Under the pieces are notes generated by a model that searched no databases, was not told the origin of the DNA, and was given only the letters and a program-made list of their open reading frames with translations. A stretch of 64,000 nucleotides of DNA from positions 75,034 through 139,033 of the forward strand of contig CAWITU010000002.1 of assembly GCA_963839205.1 (NCBI GenBank), read 5' to 3'. The position numbers and the translations under genes were made by a program. Shown here in pieces: positions 1 to 8,440 of the stretch. Each line of letters starts with the position of its first letter. Within the stretch, counting starts at the first letter, position 1. The DNA is from an uncultured bacterium. GTDB taxonomy: Bacteria; Patescibacteriota; Minisyncoccia; Phycocordibacterales; CAWITU01.

Positions 1-231
1 CTTCCAACCTTGAAGGCTGGAAAAATTCAGGAGTAGTCAAATCTCTTAAAGTGTATACGGCCCAGGATGATAAAGTCTGCGCGGAGTGCAAAAGACATCA
101 CGCTAAAATTTTTCCGATAGAAGTTTCAAAAATGGGTTTTAATTTACCACCCTACAAACAATGCTCTTGTCCCTTCGGTTGTAGATGTTATTTTAGGCCC
201 TGGGATATTTCTTTGGATTGATAGCGCGCCA

Positions 232-1209
232 TTATTCTATAAGCTTCAACCGTCTTTGAAGAGCATGTGTGTTCCCATGCTCTAAAAGCCCTCTGTAAGA
301 ACTTACCGTTTCTCTCTTGGGATACCCTTCCATATTCCGTATAACCTTTCGCTTGGTAGTAGTTCGAATTTGTCGATGATGTGGAAAATGTACCCAGCCA
401 AGAAAATCTACCCCCGAATCATAGGTTTTTATATATACCTTATGCTCGTGAAGGGTAAGGTGCAGCCTCTCTTTTAGAAAGCTATCAATCTTCAACAAAA
501 TTTCTTTAAGATAGTCCTGGTTGTTTGATAGAATTGCAAAATCATCTGCGTAGCGAATATAGTATTTGACTCTTAGCTCCTGTTTAAGATACATATCAAA
601 CTCGTGCATATACACATTAACTAAAAGCTGCGATGTGAGGTTGCCGAGTGGTAGACCAATACCAGGCTGGGTAGTATAAAAACTTGAAACAACCTGGCTG
701 ATGAGCCAACGGATATCTTGATCGGCGATATGCCGTTCGAGAATCTCTACGAGAGTTTCCTGGTCTATACTGGCAAAGAATTTCTTAATGTCACATTTGA
801 GGACAAAACATGTTTTTGTATGGTTTTTCGAAACCCTACGTGCAAAATCTCTAAAACGATCGAGTGCTCTATGGGTGCCCTTGTACTTTCGACAAGAATA
901 GGAATCGTAAATAAAGCGATGATGAAAATACCAATAAAGCTCTTTGTATACGAGGTGGTGCAAAACCCTATCTCGTACTGTAGCTTTATGGATATTTCGA
1001 GGTTTTGGATCAGCAACATTAAATGCCGAATACGGCCCATGTATATAGGTTTTGTTTTTAAGATCTGAATACAAACTCGTGAGGTTTGTAGCAAGCTCGG
1101 TTTGAAATTTTATAACATCTTTTTTATTCCTTTTACCGCGCAAAAATCTCTCCCAGGTCAGGAGTAAATTTTCCATTGTAATGATAGAATCATATTTATG
1201 AGTCAACAT
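232..1209 (-). CDS. DGR-type reverse transcriptase (DGR-1)
   Basis: RT motifs including YADD (YADDFAIL) and the DGR-specific motif-4 signature LPLGNLTSQ (IGxxxSQ) followed by NVYMHEFD. N-terminus 'ENLLLTWERFLRGKR' is typical of DGR RTs. The true start may be the internal Met near 1176. ORFs 718-1068(+) and 765-1094(-) inside it are spurious. Confidence 0.85.
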   Translation of the reverse strand: MLTHKYDSIITMENLLLTWERFLRGKRNKKDVIKFQTELATNLTSLYSDLKNKTYIHGPYSAFNVADPKPRNIHKATVRDRVLHHLVYKELYWYFHHRFIYDSYSCRKYKGTHRALDRFRDFARRVSKNHTKTCFVLKCDIKKFFASIDQETLVEILERHIADQDIRWLISQVVSSFYTTQPGIGLPLGNLTSQLLVNVYMHEFDMYLKQELRVKYYIRYADDFAILSNNQDYLKEILLKIDSFLKERLHLTLHEHKVYIKTYDSGVDFLGWVHFPHHRQIRTTTKRKVIRNMEGYPKRETVSSYRGLLEHGNTHALQRRLKLIE

Positions 1210-1602
1210 GCCGTTCAGAAAAAACCTTTAAGTGTCCCCCCCCAGATTCCACTTGTCCTTGTGCGAGCTAAAAGTGCGTACCAAGTCTGGCATAACTCCA
1301 TTACAAATCTAAAGCGCGTTGATCGTTATACGATTGGTGCCAAGATTGATGATATTTTTCTCTCACTTCTCGAACTGATATTCAGAGCCTGTTTTGCTTA
1401 TGACAAATTTGAAAAGTTGTCGCTGGTATCACAAGCTATCGCAAAATCTGATCTACTTAAATTCTTTTTACAGATAGGCTGGGAAGACAAAGTCATTGAC
1501 CACAAAAGTTACGGCGCGCTCATCCTTCTCCTTGACGAAGTGGGCCGTATGCTTGGTGGTTGGAAGAAAACCCTTGGAGAGAAAACTCCCACTAACAAGT
1601 AG
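1198..1602 (+). CDS. Avd-like four-helix-bundle accessory variability determinant (DGR-1)
   Basis: 134 aa. The C-terminal 'LKFFLQIGW...LLLDEVGRMLGGWKK' parallels Bordetella phage Avd 'LRFWLRFLAG...LIAEVGRILGSWIAR'. Has the size and helical pattern of TIGR02436-like proteins. It lies on the strand opposite to RT, TR and target. Confidence 0.55.
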   Translation: MSQHAVQKKPLSVPPQIPLVLVRAKSAYQVWHNSITNLKRVDRYTIGAKIDDIFLSLLELIFRACFAYDKFEKLSLVSQAIAKSDLLKFFLQIGWEDKVIDHKSYGALILLLDEVGRMLGGWKKTLGEKTPTNK

Positions 1603-1619
1603 TGGGAGAAATCATTGAA

Positions 1620-1741
1620 GTTGCAGAAGCAGAGGAGAACGTTGTCGTCATTCCAGTCATTCTCGAAATTGCCGAGGTTGAGGTTGAAATCACCGTCCGA
1701 GTTAGCGTTCACGTACGGCACCCTGTGGTAGCCGTCGAGGT
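1620..1741 (-). repeat. DGR-1 template repeat (TR1)
   Basis: 122-nt repeat matching 2108-2229. All 17 mismatches fall at minus-strand adenines of this copy. The minus-frame translation (ORF 1509-1721) is Asn/AAC-rich (SDGDFNLNLGNFENDWNDDNVLLCFCN). ORFs 1602-1844(+) and 1509-1721(-) are TR read-throughs, not genes. Confidence 0.8.
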
Positions 1742-1995
1742 ATCCCCTAAAGCAATGTACGACGTGCCGTCTATACCACCAAGAAGAGCCCCAGCTCCTC
1801 TCTGTATTTTATTCCGAGCCCTGAAGATCATTCGCGCTCGCTGATACATCGCACCGACTTATTTGATTTTTTCATAAAAGGTGGCACTCACACTCAAGGC
1901 GTACCCGAAGTGTTGCTGGCCGATTCCCTATACGAGATTTCGATGACATGAAACCGTAGCCGCATGCTCTATCTACCGTCCACAGATATTATATA

Positions 1996-2036
1996 TAAAA
2001 AAGAGTGCCTCCGCCAAAAATATGGCGAAGGCACAA
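1996..2036 (-). terminator. Intrinsic terminator downstream of DGR-1 target gene (minus strand)
   Basis: Minus strand reads gtgccttcgccatatttttggcggaggcac, a hairpin, followed by tctttttt. Confidence 0.5.
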
Positions 2037-2083
2037 AGGGTCTAAAACCCAGGTTATTAACTAAGTGTCCAAGTTTCCAAGGA

Positions 2084-2785
2084 CTACTTGCCCGCAGCGG
2101 GCTCGACGTCGCAGAAGCAGAGGAGAACGCCGCCGTCATCCCAGCCACTCTCGAAACCGCCGAGGCCGAGGTCGAAACCACCGCCCGAGTGAGCGCCCAC
2201 GTACGGCACCCTGTGGTAGCCGTCGAGGTCTGGGAGGCGATCCTTCTCATCGAAGGAGCAGTACCATTTGCCCTTGGGCAATTGGTCACGCTTTTGTTCC
2301 CAGACGAGTGTGGCCCCTTGAGCGCCGGTGTGAACGGCCTTCTGTGTGGCCAGGAAGGCCATACGTTCCTCCGAGGTGGTCCTGCCTGGCACAATCTGCT
2401 TGAAGGCGCGAACGTGGAGTCTGTCGCCGGGTTTCAGAACACGTGTCGGTTTCTTGAAGTTCTTGTCGGTGATGTCCGAGTTGTAGTAATAAAACTCCTT
2501 CTCGTGGTTCCGGCGAAACGTGTCGAGATGATCCTTGTGCACGTAGTCGTCGGGCACCGTGATAATGCCGAGATCCACGAGCAGGCCGAACTTTACCTTG
2601 GGATCAGGCGGATTTGCAGGCTTCGGTTTGCTGTCGCCGAAACGCGCTTCCCGGTCTTCCGTGGAGAGGTTATTGAAACGCTCCCACTGACCGAATGTGA
2701 TTTGACCGCTACGCACCTTTTGCAAGGTGTCAATTTGCAGACCAGCCAATTTGGCCGCATCCGCGTCGATGATTGATGTACTCAT
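2084..2785 (-). CDS. DGR-1 target protein with C-terminal variable region (CLec/FGE-like VR)
   Basis: 233 aa. C-terminus 'GYHRVPYVGAHSGGGFDLGLGGFESGWDDGGVLLCFCD' corresponds codon-for-codon to TR1 with Asn replaced by G/D/S. The gene is GC-rich (~58%) relative to its surroundings. No signal peptide. The antisense ORF 1964-2776(+) is judged spurious. Confidence 0.75.
   Translation of the reverse strand: MSTSIIDADAAKLAGLQIDTLQKVRSGQITFGQWERFNNLSTEDREARFGDSKPKPANPPDPKVKFGLLVDLGIITVPDDYVHKDHLDTFRRNHEKEFYYYNSDITDKNFKKPTRVLKPGDRLHVRAFKQIVPGRTTSEERMAFLATQKAVHTGAQGATLVWEQKRDQLPKGKWYCSFDEKDRLPDLDGYHRVPYVGAHSGGGFDLGLGGFESGWDDGGVLLCFCDVEPAAGK
2108..2229 (-). repeat. DGR-1 variable repeat (VR1)
   Basis: Cognate of TR1: 16 A-to-G and 1 A-to-C differences in the minus sense, all at TR adenines. 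The 3' ~45 nt are identical. A small GC hairpin (gccc/gggc) lies at 2090-2102 just 3' of the VR. Confidence 0.8.
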
Positions 2786-3160
2786 CGTTTTCCTTTCGTT
2801 GATGTTAGTGTACGACTACAAAATGAGATTCCTTGGCTTAGAGCTTTGGCATTTCGTAATTCAGTGTGTATTGTAACATATTTAGTGGCTATCTGTCAAA
2901 TATCACTTACTGTGTATCTACCTCTTAATGTAAGCATAACTTCTCTTGCTCGTCACAATACGATGATGTTCCGACTTTCGTCCAGACCACAATTTCAGGA
3001 GGCTGTGAATATCTGGCGGAATTTAGGCAACACTGCCTAAGGAGCTTCTTAAGCGAGGAGCTTGTCCTGGTCATTTTGTGGAACCCTTACAACACCGCCC
3101 CTCTGGGGTTCTCCCCACAATTTTTTATCTAGCGGCTCTTTTATCTGCTAAAATAGAGAT

Positions 3161-4240
3161 ATGGATAAGTTAAAACAAGGTTCTTTATCTGTTGGAAAAA
3201 TCAAAGCTAAAGATTTCAAGACTGCACCTCCGTTACCAACAATTGATATAGAAAATAGGCGCTATGTTGGAAGTAAAGCCAAGCTGCTTGATTGGATTTT
3301 TGAAAATATTAAGAAAGAGTGTAAGGGTAATAGTTTTCTTGATATATTTGCTGGGACAGGGGTTGTTTCTGCTAGAGCTGCTAAAGTGTACAACAAGATT
3401 ATCCTGAATGATCTTCTTCATTCGAATCACGCTGTTTATCAAGGTTTTTTCTCGCAAGAGAAATACAACAGAGAAAAAGTTTTTGATTTGGTGGCTTATT
3501 ATAATTCTCTTGTTTCGAGCAAGGTAGAACATACTTTTTTCTCACGTAATTATGGAGGTAAGTATTTCAGTATTGATTCAGCAAAATTAATCGGGTATAT
3601 CCGAAACGATTTAGATAATCGGAGGTGTCAATTGAACGATAAAGAGTATTATATACTTCTCACATCGCTTCTCTATTCTGCAGACAAGATCGCAAATACT
3701 GTAGGTCACTACGATGCTTTCTTCTCAAAGAGTGTCGTCGATAAAAAGTTCATCTTTCGCCTAATTGAACCCCTCATAAAAGCGGGGAAAGTTTCCATAT
3801 ACCGGGAGGACGCAAATATTCTTGCTCGAAAGATCAGTGCTGATGTTGTCTATATTGATCCACCCTACAATTCCCGACAGTACAGTCGTTTTTATCACGT
3901 ACTCGAAACCCTTACTCTTTGGGACGATCCAAAACTTACAGGAGTTGCTTTAAAACGACCAGAAGAAAACATGAGTGATTATTGTAAGAATAAAGCCGTT
4001 GTGGTTTTTGAGGATTTAATCAAGAATTTAAAAGCAAAATACATTGTCGTTTCTTACAACAATACATATAACTCAAAAAGTAGCTCATCTAGAAATAAGA
4101 TTGAACTTGAGGATATAAAACATATCCTAAATGCGAAGGGTAAGACAAAGGTTTTTAAAAAGAACCACCAATTTTTTAATGCCGGTAAAACAAATTTTAA
4201 CAATCATCAAGAATACCTTTTTATTACAAAAGTAAAATGA
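3161..4240 (+). CDS. N6-adenine DNA methyltransferase (Dam-like, alpha class), R-M MTase 1
   Basis: N-terminal 'RRYVGSKAKLLDWI', motif I 'DIFAGTGVVS' and motif IV 'DPPY' (IDPPYNSRQY) about 170 aa later. Stop codon TGA overlaps the next ATG (ATGA). Confidence 0.75.
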   Translation: MDKLKQGSLSVGKIKAKDFKTAPPLPTIDIENRRYVGSKAKLLDWIFENIKKECKGNSFLDIFAGTGVVSARAAKVYNKIILNDLLHSNHAVYQGFFSQEKYNREKVFDLVAYYNSLVSSKVEHTFFSRNYGGKYFSIDSAKLIGYIRNDLDNRRCQLNDKEYYILLTSLLYSADKIANTVGHYDAFFSKSVVDKKFIFRLIEPLIKAGKVSIYREDANILARKISADVVYIDPPYNSRQYSRFYHVLETLTLWDDPKLTGVALKRPEENMSDYCKNKAVVVFEDLIKNLKAKYIVVSYNNTYNSKSSSSRNKIELEDIKHILNAKGKTKVFKKNHQFFNAGKTNFNNHQEYLFITKVK

Positions 4241-5148
4241 GTTTAGAAATTCAGATTAAGCGCTCGCCATTCTTTTATGTTGGCGATAAATACAAACTCA
4301 TTGGGAAAATTAAAAAATATTTTCCAAAAGAAATAAACACTTTTGTAGAGCCATTTTTGGGAGGGGGGAGCGTTTTTTTAAACGTAGAAGCAAAACAATA
4401 TATTCTGAATGATGTAGACCAAAATGTTATCTTTTTACATAAATTTCTTGTAGGCCAGGCTGGTAAAGAAAAAACTCTTATAAAACAGATAAAAGTTTTG
4501 CTTAAACAGTATAATCTTTCCCGATCTGTTTTTGAAGATGTGGTACCTTATTCTCTTAAAAAAAAATGGCTTAAAACCTACTACGCCCATTTCAATAGGG
4601 AAGGGTATGCATCACTTAAAGAAAAATACAATAATAATAAAAATAAAGATCCGCTTTTGTTATATTTATTGTTAGTATACGGTTTTAATAGAATGCTTCG
4701 TTTCAATAAGCAGGGTAAATTTAATATTCCTGTAGGCAATGTGGATTTCAATAAAAATGTTTTGAGTGCTCTGCAAAGTTATTTTTCTACAGTAAAAGAC
4801 AGAAATATAAAATTTTATAGTAAGGACTTTAGGATATTTTTCAATAACCTTAAATTGAAGAAAGACGATTTTGTATATGTTGATCCTCCGTATCTAATAT
4901 CGGCCAGTGAGTATAATAAACTCTGGAATGAAAAACAGGATGTAGAGCTTATGGGGGCGCTTGATGATCTTAATGATTTAGGGATAAAATTCGCTGTATC
5001 TAATATTACTGCTTATAATGGCAGAGAGAATAAAAAATTGATATCCTGGATGAGGAATTACAATGTTCATTTGGTCGACAGTAACTATATAAGTTATCAT
5101 AACAATACCAAGAAAGAGATTAACGAGGTCTTAATCACAAATTACTAG
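4237..5148 (+). CDS. Dam-family (D12 class) N6-adenine DNA methyltransferase, R-M MTase 2
   Basis: 'FFYVGDKYKLIGKI', 'EPFLGGGSVFLNV' and 'VYVDPPYLISASEYNKLWNE'. Translationally coupled to both neighbours. Confidence 0.8.
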   Translation: MSLEIQIKRSPFFYVGDKYKLIGKIKKYFPKEINTFVEPFLGGGSVFLNVEAKQYILNDVDQNVIFLHKFLVGQAGKEKTLIKQIKVLLKQYNLSRSVFEDVVPYSLKKKWLKTYYAHFNREGYASLKEKYNNNKNKDPLLLYLLLVYGFNRMLRFNKQGKFNIPVGNVDFNKNVLSALQSYFSTVKDRNIKFYSKDFRIFFNNLKLKKDDFVYVDPPYLISASEYNKLWNEKQDVELMGALDDLNDLGIKFAVSNITAYNGRENKKLISWMRNYNVHLVDSNYISYHNNTKKEINEVLITNY

Positions 5149-5149
5149 C

Positions 5150-6688
5150 ATGCCCATTCGAAGAGAAAGCGAATACAAGCCACTTTTATTTACTACTACC
5201 GTTAGAAACCCTGAGAGATTTAAGGGCATGCTTGCTGTACTTAAAAATTATGACGAGGAAATTTTAACTAATGAGCTTGCAGAAGAGGTTGCTGGGGAGC
5301 TTATTAAGATTGGTATATATCGTCCAATGAAGGTCAGTAGGGAAGTTAAAGACAAGTGGGAGGAAGGACAACCTCTTTCTGCTGAAGATATTATAAAAAT
5401 TCTTCAAGATAATCCTCAGGACCATAAAGAAGCCGGATTTGATCACGGCTGGGTCTCAAGGTTTGATACATGGTTTAAATTAGCAAAAGAACTTGGATTT
5501 GTTTATTACGAGATGAATATTCCTATTGAGTTTTCAAAAATAGGCCTAAAACTTGCAGATACAGAACATCCAGAATTTGAACAGCAAGCATTCCTAAATG
5601 CATTTGCTAAGTATCAGCGCAATAACCCATTGCGGCGTGTTTCTAATGAGAACGTACCACTCATCTTACTTTTACAGGTGATCAAGAAAATCAATGATGA
5701 TCAAGATTTCAATGATGCAGGTATCACTAAACTTGAAGTACCTTTATTTTTAACCTGGCGAGATGATAATGCTGATGCGCTATATGAAAAGATAAAAGAG
5801 ATTCGCACGAGATTTGGATATGAACCAAGTTGGGAGGTCATTTTGAAAGAGGTGGATGAACTTACTGGAGGACGACATGCTTCTATGCCAGATAAGACAA
5901 TAATGGTTGAGTACGTAGATGATTTTTTAAGGAAGATGCGTTTAACTGGCCTCATTACAATACGTGGATTTGGGAGATTTATTGATCTAAATAAAAAGGA
6001 ATTAGCGAAGATAGATTATGTCTTAGAGACATATTCGAAGTATGAGAAGTATAGTAATGAAAAAGATTACTTTAAGTACATTTCCTCTATAGACGAGCAT
6101 TTGATCTCAATAGAACGAGTATATGAGACAAATGTTGTAGAAGAAAATAAACTATTGCAAAAGTGGGCAACTCATTTTAGCTGGGAAATTATTAAACGCG
6201 AGATTTTGAAATTAACTACTAGTAGTCCAACATCGACTGATGAAGTACTTTCCTTGATCCCTAGTCCTCTCAGGTTAGAGTTTTTAACATCTTTAGCTAT
6301 TTTAAATAAGATTCCAAGCGTAACTGTAAAACCAAATTATATATCTGATGATGAGGGATTGCCTTCCTCTCATGCTCCGGGTAATGGCGCAGATATTGAG
6401 TGTTGTGAAAAGGAAAAATATACCCTTCTGGAGGTAACGCTTTTAAATGGTGTTGTGCAGGTTCAGCGTGAGATGCCTCCGATAAGTAGACATCTGGAGG
6501 ACTTTAGAATTAAACATAAAGATGTCGTAACCCTTTTTATTGCCCCAGTTATTCATGAAGATACCAAACGCTGGGTTAGTTTTATAAAACACAAGGACGA
6601 TCTTGATATATACAACTTTTCTATCTCTGATTTTGTTAATAAATTAGATGGCGGTGTAGAAGAACTAAATATGTTAGCTAAGAGTTAG
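5150..6688 (+). CDS. Putative restriction endonuclease (possibly Type IIS-like) of the R-M cluster
   Basis: 512 aa with no recognisable housekeeping domain. Starts 2 nt after MTase 2 in the same operon. Called by gene context only. A possible catalytic region lies around 'GADIECCEKEKYTLLEVTLL'. Confidence 0.4.
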   Translation: MPIRRESEYKPLLFTTTVRNPERFKGMLAVLKNYDEEILTNELAEEVAGELIKIGIYRPMKVSREVKDKWEEGQPLSAEDIIKILQDNPQDHKEAGFDHGWVSRFDTWFKLAKELGFVYYEMNIPIEFSKIGLKLADTEHPEFEQQAFLNAFAKYQRNNPLRRVSNENVPLILLLQVIKKINDDQDFNDAGITKLEVPLFLTWRDDNADALYEKIKEIRTRFGYEPSWEVILKEVDELTGGRHASMPDKTIMVEYVDDFLRKMRLTGLITIRGFGRFIDLNKKELAKIDYVLETYSKYEKYSNEKDYFKYISSIDEHLISIERVYETNVVEENKLLQKWATHFSWEIIKREILKLTTSSPTSTDEVLSLIPSPLRLEFLTSLAILNKIPSVTVKPNYISDDEGLPSSHAPGNGADIECCEKEKYTLLEVTLLNGVVQVQREMPPISRHLEDFRIKHKDVVTLFIAPVIHEDTKRWVSFIKHKDDLDIYNFSISDFVNKLDGGVEELNMLAKS

Positions 6689-6823
6689 GCGCAGCTCTTA
6701 TATTGCGGTTATCCTGGCGAAAAACCATGTTTAAGACAGTCTCTGTATAAAATATGTTAAAAGAAAAACTGACGCTTTTAACGCCAGTGATGAGATTTTC
6801 TTTATTCTCAGGTCCGCGATCAG

Positions 6824-7096
6824 CTAAAAGAGCTTACTGCGTAGCCAGTCCCAAGTAGCTTGAGGCAACCAGCCACTGTAGCTATTTGTCAGGCGGACAA
6901 CCATGAGTAAGTCATTTTTGTGAATGTGACCAGCTAGACGATCCCAAACTTGTTGGGGCGTTAGGCTGGTTTGAATTAGCCAGTGGGAGGTAAGGGGATG
7001 GTTCCAGATACCGGAAACTTCCTTTATGGCCGCGTACAGGTTCGAGTAGTCCTTGCTGGCTTCTTCATGTAATTCGTATGTAATTAACAATACCAT
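6824..7096 (-). CDS. Hypothetical small protein (90 aa)
   Basis: ORF only. Three predicted beta-strand-like hydrophobic stretches; no family recognised. Divergent from the XRE gene. Confidence 0.3.
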   Translation of the reverse strand: MVLLITYELHEEASKDYSNLYAAIKEVSGIWNHPLTSHWLIQTSLTPQQVWDRLAGHIHKNDLLMVVRLTNSYSGWLPQATWDWLRSKLF

Positions 7097-7280
7097 ATGT
7101 TTTTGCTGCTTTGTGTTATTCCAGTTCCGTGATACTCTGTGATTACCACACCCCAGAGAGGTACTACCGACCCAGGATTCTCATCTCTCCTAACGCACCC
7201 TTTTCACTTACCAGAAGGCCGCTTAAAGTGCGGCGTATTTACATTGTAAATGCTTCTGGTTACAATACAACGTGACGAAT

Positions 7281-7316
7281 AATTACATATGTTCTTGTGG
7301 AGAACATATGTAATTC
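7281..7316. promoter_or_regulatory. Perfect inverted repeat (candidate operator) at the XRE gene start
   Basis: aattacatatgttc-ttgtgg-gaacatatgtaatt has 13-14-nt perfect arms. A second palindrome, atttaca-t-tgtaaat, lies at 7241-7255. Confidence 0.4.
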
Positions 7317-7719
7317 AGGGTTACGAGTTATAAACAGCTTTTCTTCAATGAAGAACAAAAAGCCCAAAACAAAAGTTATAATTGAACCAGAAATACTCAC
7401 CACCCCAGATGAGCAGATTCGAGGGTCTGTCGGTAGGAAGATAAAGCAAATAAGGGATGCCTGCTCACAAAGTGCCGAAAGAGTGGCCAAACGGATGGGA
7501 ATAAGTCGTGTTGCTCTGACCCATATAGAGAATGGGCATAACAATATAAATGCCGTCCAACTCTGGAAGCTTGCTTGTATCCTTGGTTGCGAGGTGGCTG
7601 ATTTTTTTCCTCCAATCCCAAAAGGATTTGCTCTCACTCACACGGATTATCAAAAAATTGCCCGCGAAGATGAGAGAGCGAAGGACTGGGCGCAGGAGCT
7701 TTTTGCAGATGAATTTTAG
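7297..7719 (+). CDS. XRE-family helix-turn-helix transcriptional regulator
   Basis: 'MGISRVALTHIENGHNNINAVQLWKLACILGCEVADFF' is a Cro/C1-type HTH. The coordinate is taken from the ORF track. Confidence 0.7.
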   Translation: MENICNSGLRVINSFSSMKNKKPKTKVIIEPEILTTPDEQIRGSVGRKIKQIRDACSQSAERVAKRMGISRVALTHIENGHNNINAVQLWKLACILGCEVADFFPPIPKGFALTHTDYQKIAREDERAKDWAQELFADEF

Positions 7720-8221
7720 TAAAAATATGAACAACGAGAAAATAGAAAAAATTGTTGAAAAATTGCAAGATAAATTAGGTATTAAAACTGCCCCAGTTCC
7801 GCTTGAAGATGTTGCAGAGAAGTTGGGGCTCAAGATTAAAAGGGCTCCCAGCGATGATTTCTCAGGTCTTTTGTTGAGGAAGGATGGGAGGGCCCTTATT
7901 GGTATTAATAGCAATGAATCTCATACCAGACAGCGGTTCACTGTTGCGCACGAGCTCGGTCATTATTTTCTTCATGATACGCAGGATGCTTTTGTCGATT
8001 ACAGAGATAATCAAGTAGGGGGAGTAAGAAGTTCAAGAGAAAGACAGGCTAATAGATTTGCAGCGGCGTTTTTGATGCCCCAAGCTATGTTAGCTGCGGA
8101 CGTAAAGAAGTTGTGTAAGAAGGGCATTTTCGATCCAGAGGTTGAAGCTTTGGCAAAGAAATACGATGTCAGCAAAGAAGCAATGAACTACAGAATTATA
8201 AATCTTGGTTTGTCGAAATAA
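7708..8221 (+). CDS. ImmA/IrrE-family zinc metallopeptidase
   Basis: HEXXH motif in 'FTVAHELGHYFLHD'. Immediately downstream of the XRE gene and overlapping it. Start chosen at the Met of 'MNFSKNMNNEK'; the track ORF 7550-8221 extends upstream in frame. Confidence 0.7.
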
Positions 8222-8440
8222 TTAGCATTCAAATTTTGATTTAGAGAGATACAAGAATTCAAAGAATTATTATTTACAGCTCGCAATCAATTGCAACTTC
8301 TCCCTTACCCCTGTCATATATTCCTGATCAGACAGTATGGTTATAATATCTGACCCCCTCTCACCCATCAATTTTTCTATCAAAAATACCCATGTTTTGA
8401 GGGGTATTTTCAGTTCTAATATTTTTGGTAAAATCAAGCT

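Noticed and set aside
718-1094. ORFs 718-1068(+) and 765-1094(-) inside the RT gene
   Set aside because: They are nested in a well-supported RT reading frame and show no domain signal.
232-1209. RT as retron or group II intron RT
   Set aside because: It has the DGR-specific IGxxxSQ motif-4 signature, an adjacent Avd, and a TR/VR pair with adenine-specific mismatches. There is no intron RNA domain or maturase/En domain.
1509-1844. ORFs 1602-1844(+) and 1509-1721(-); also 41633-41836(+)
   Set aside because: These are read-throughs of the DGR template repeats (Asn-rich translations), not protein-coding genes.
1964-2776. 270-aa plus-strand ORF overlapping the DGR-1 target
   Set aside because: It is antisense to the minus-strand ORF whose C-terminus matches TR1 codon for codon. 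It is GC-rich, so open by chance, and has no recognisable domain.
3161-6688. DpnII/MboI-like GATC system (two Dam MTases)
   Set aside because: The associated nuclease candidate is 512 aa, far larger than R.DpnII/R.MboI, so specificity is left undetermined.
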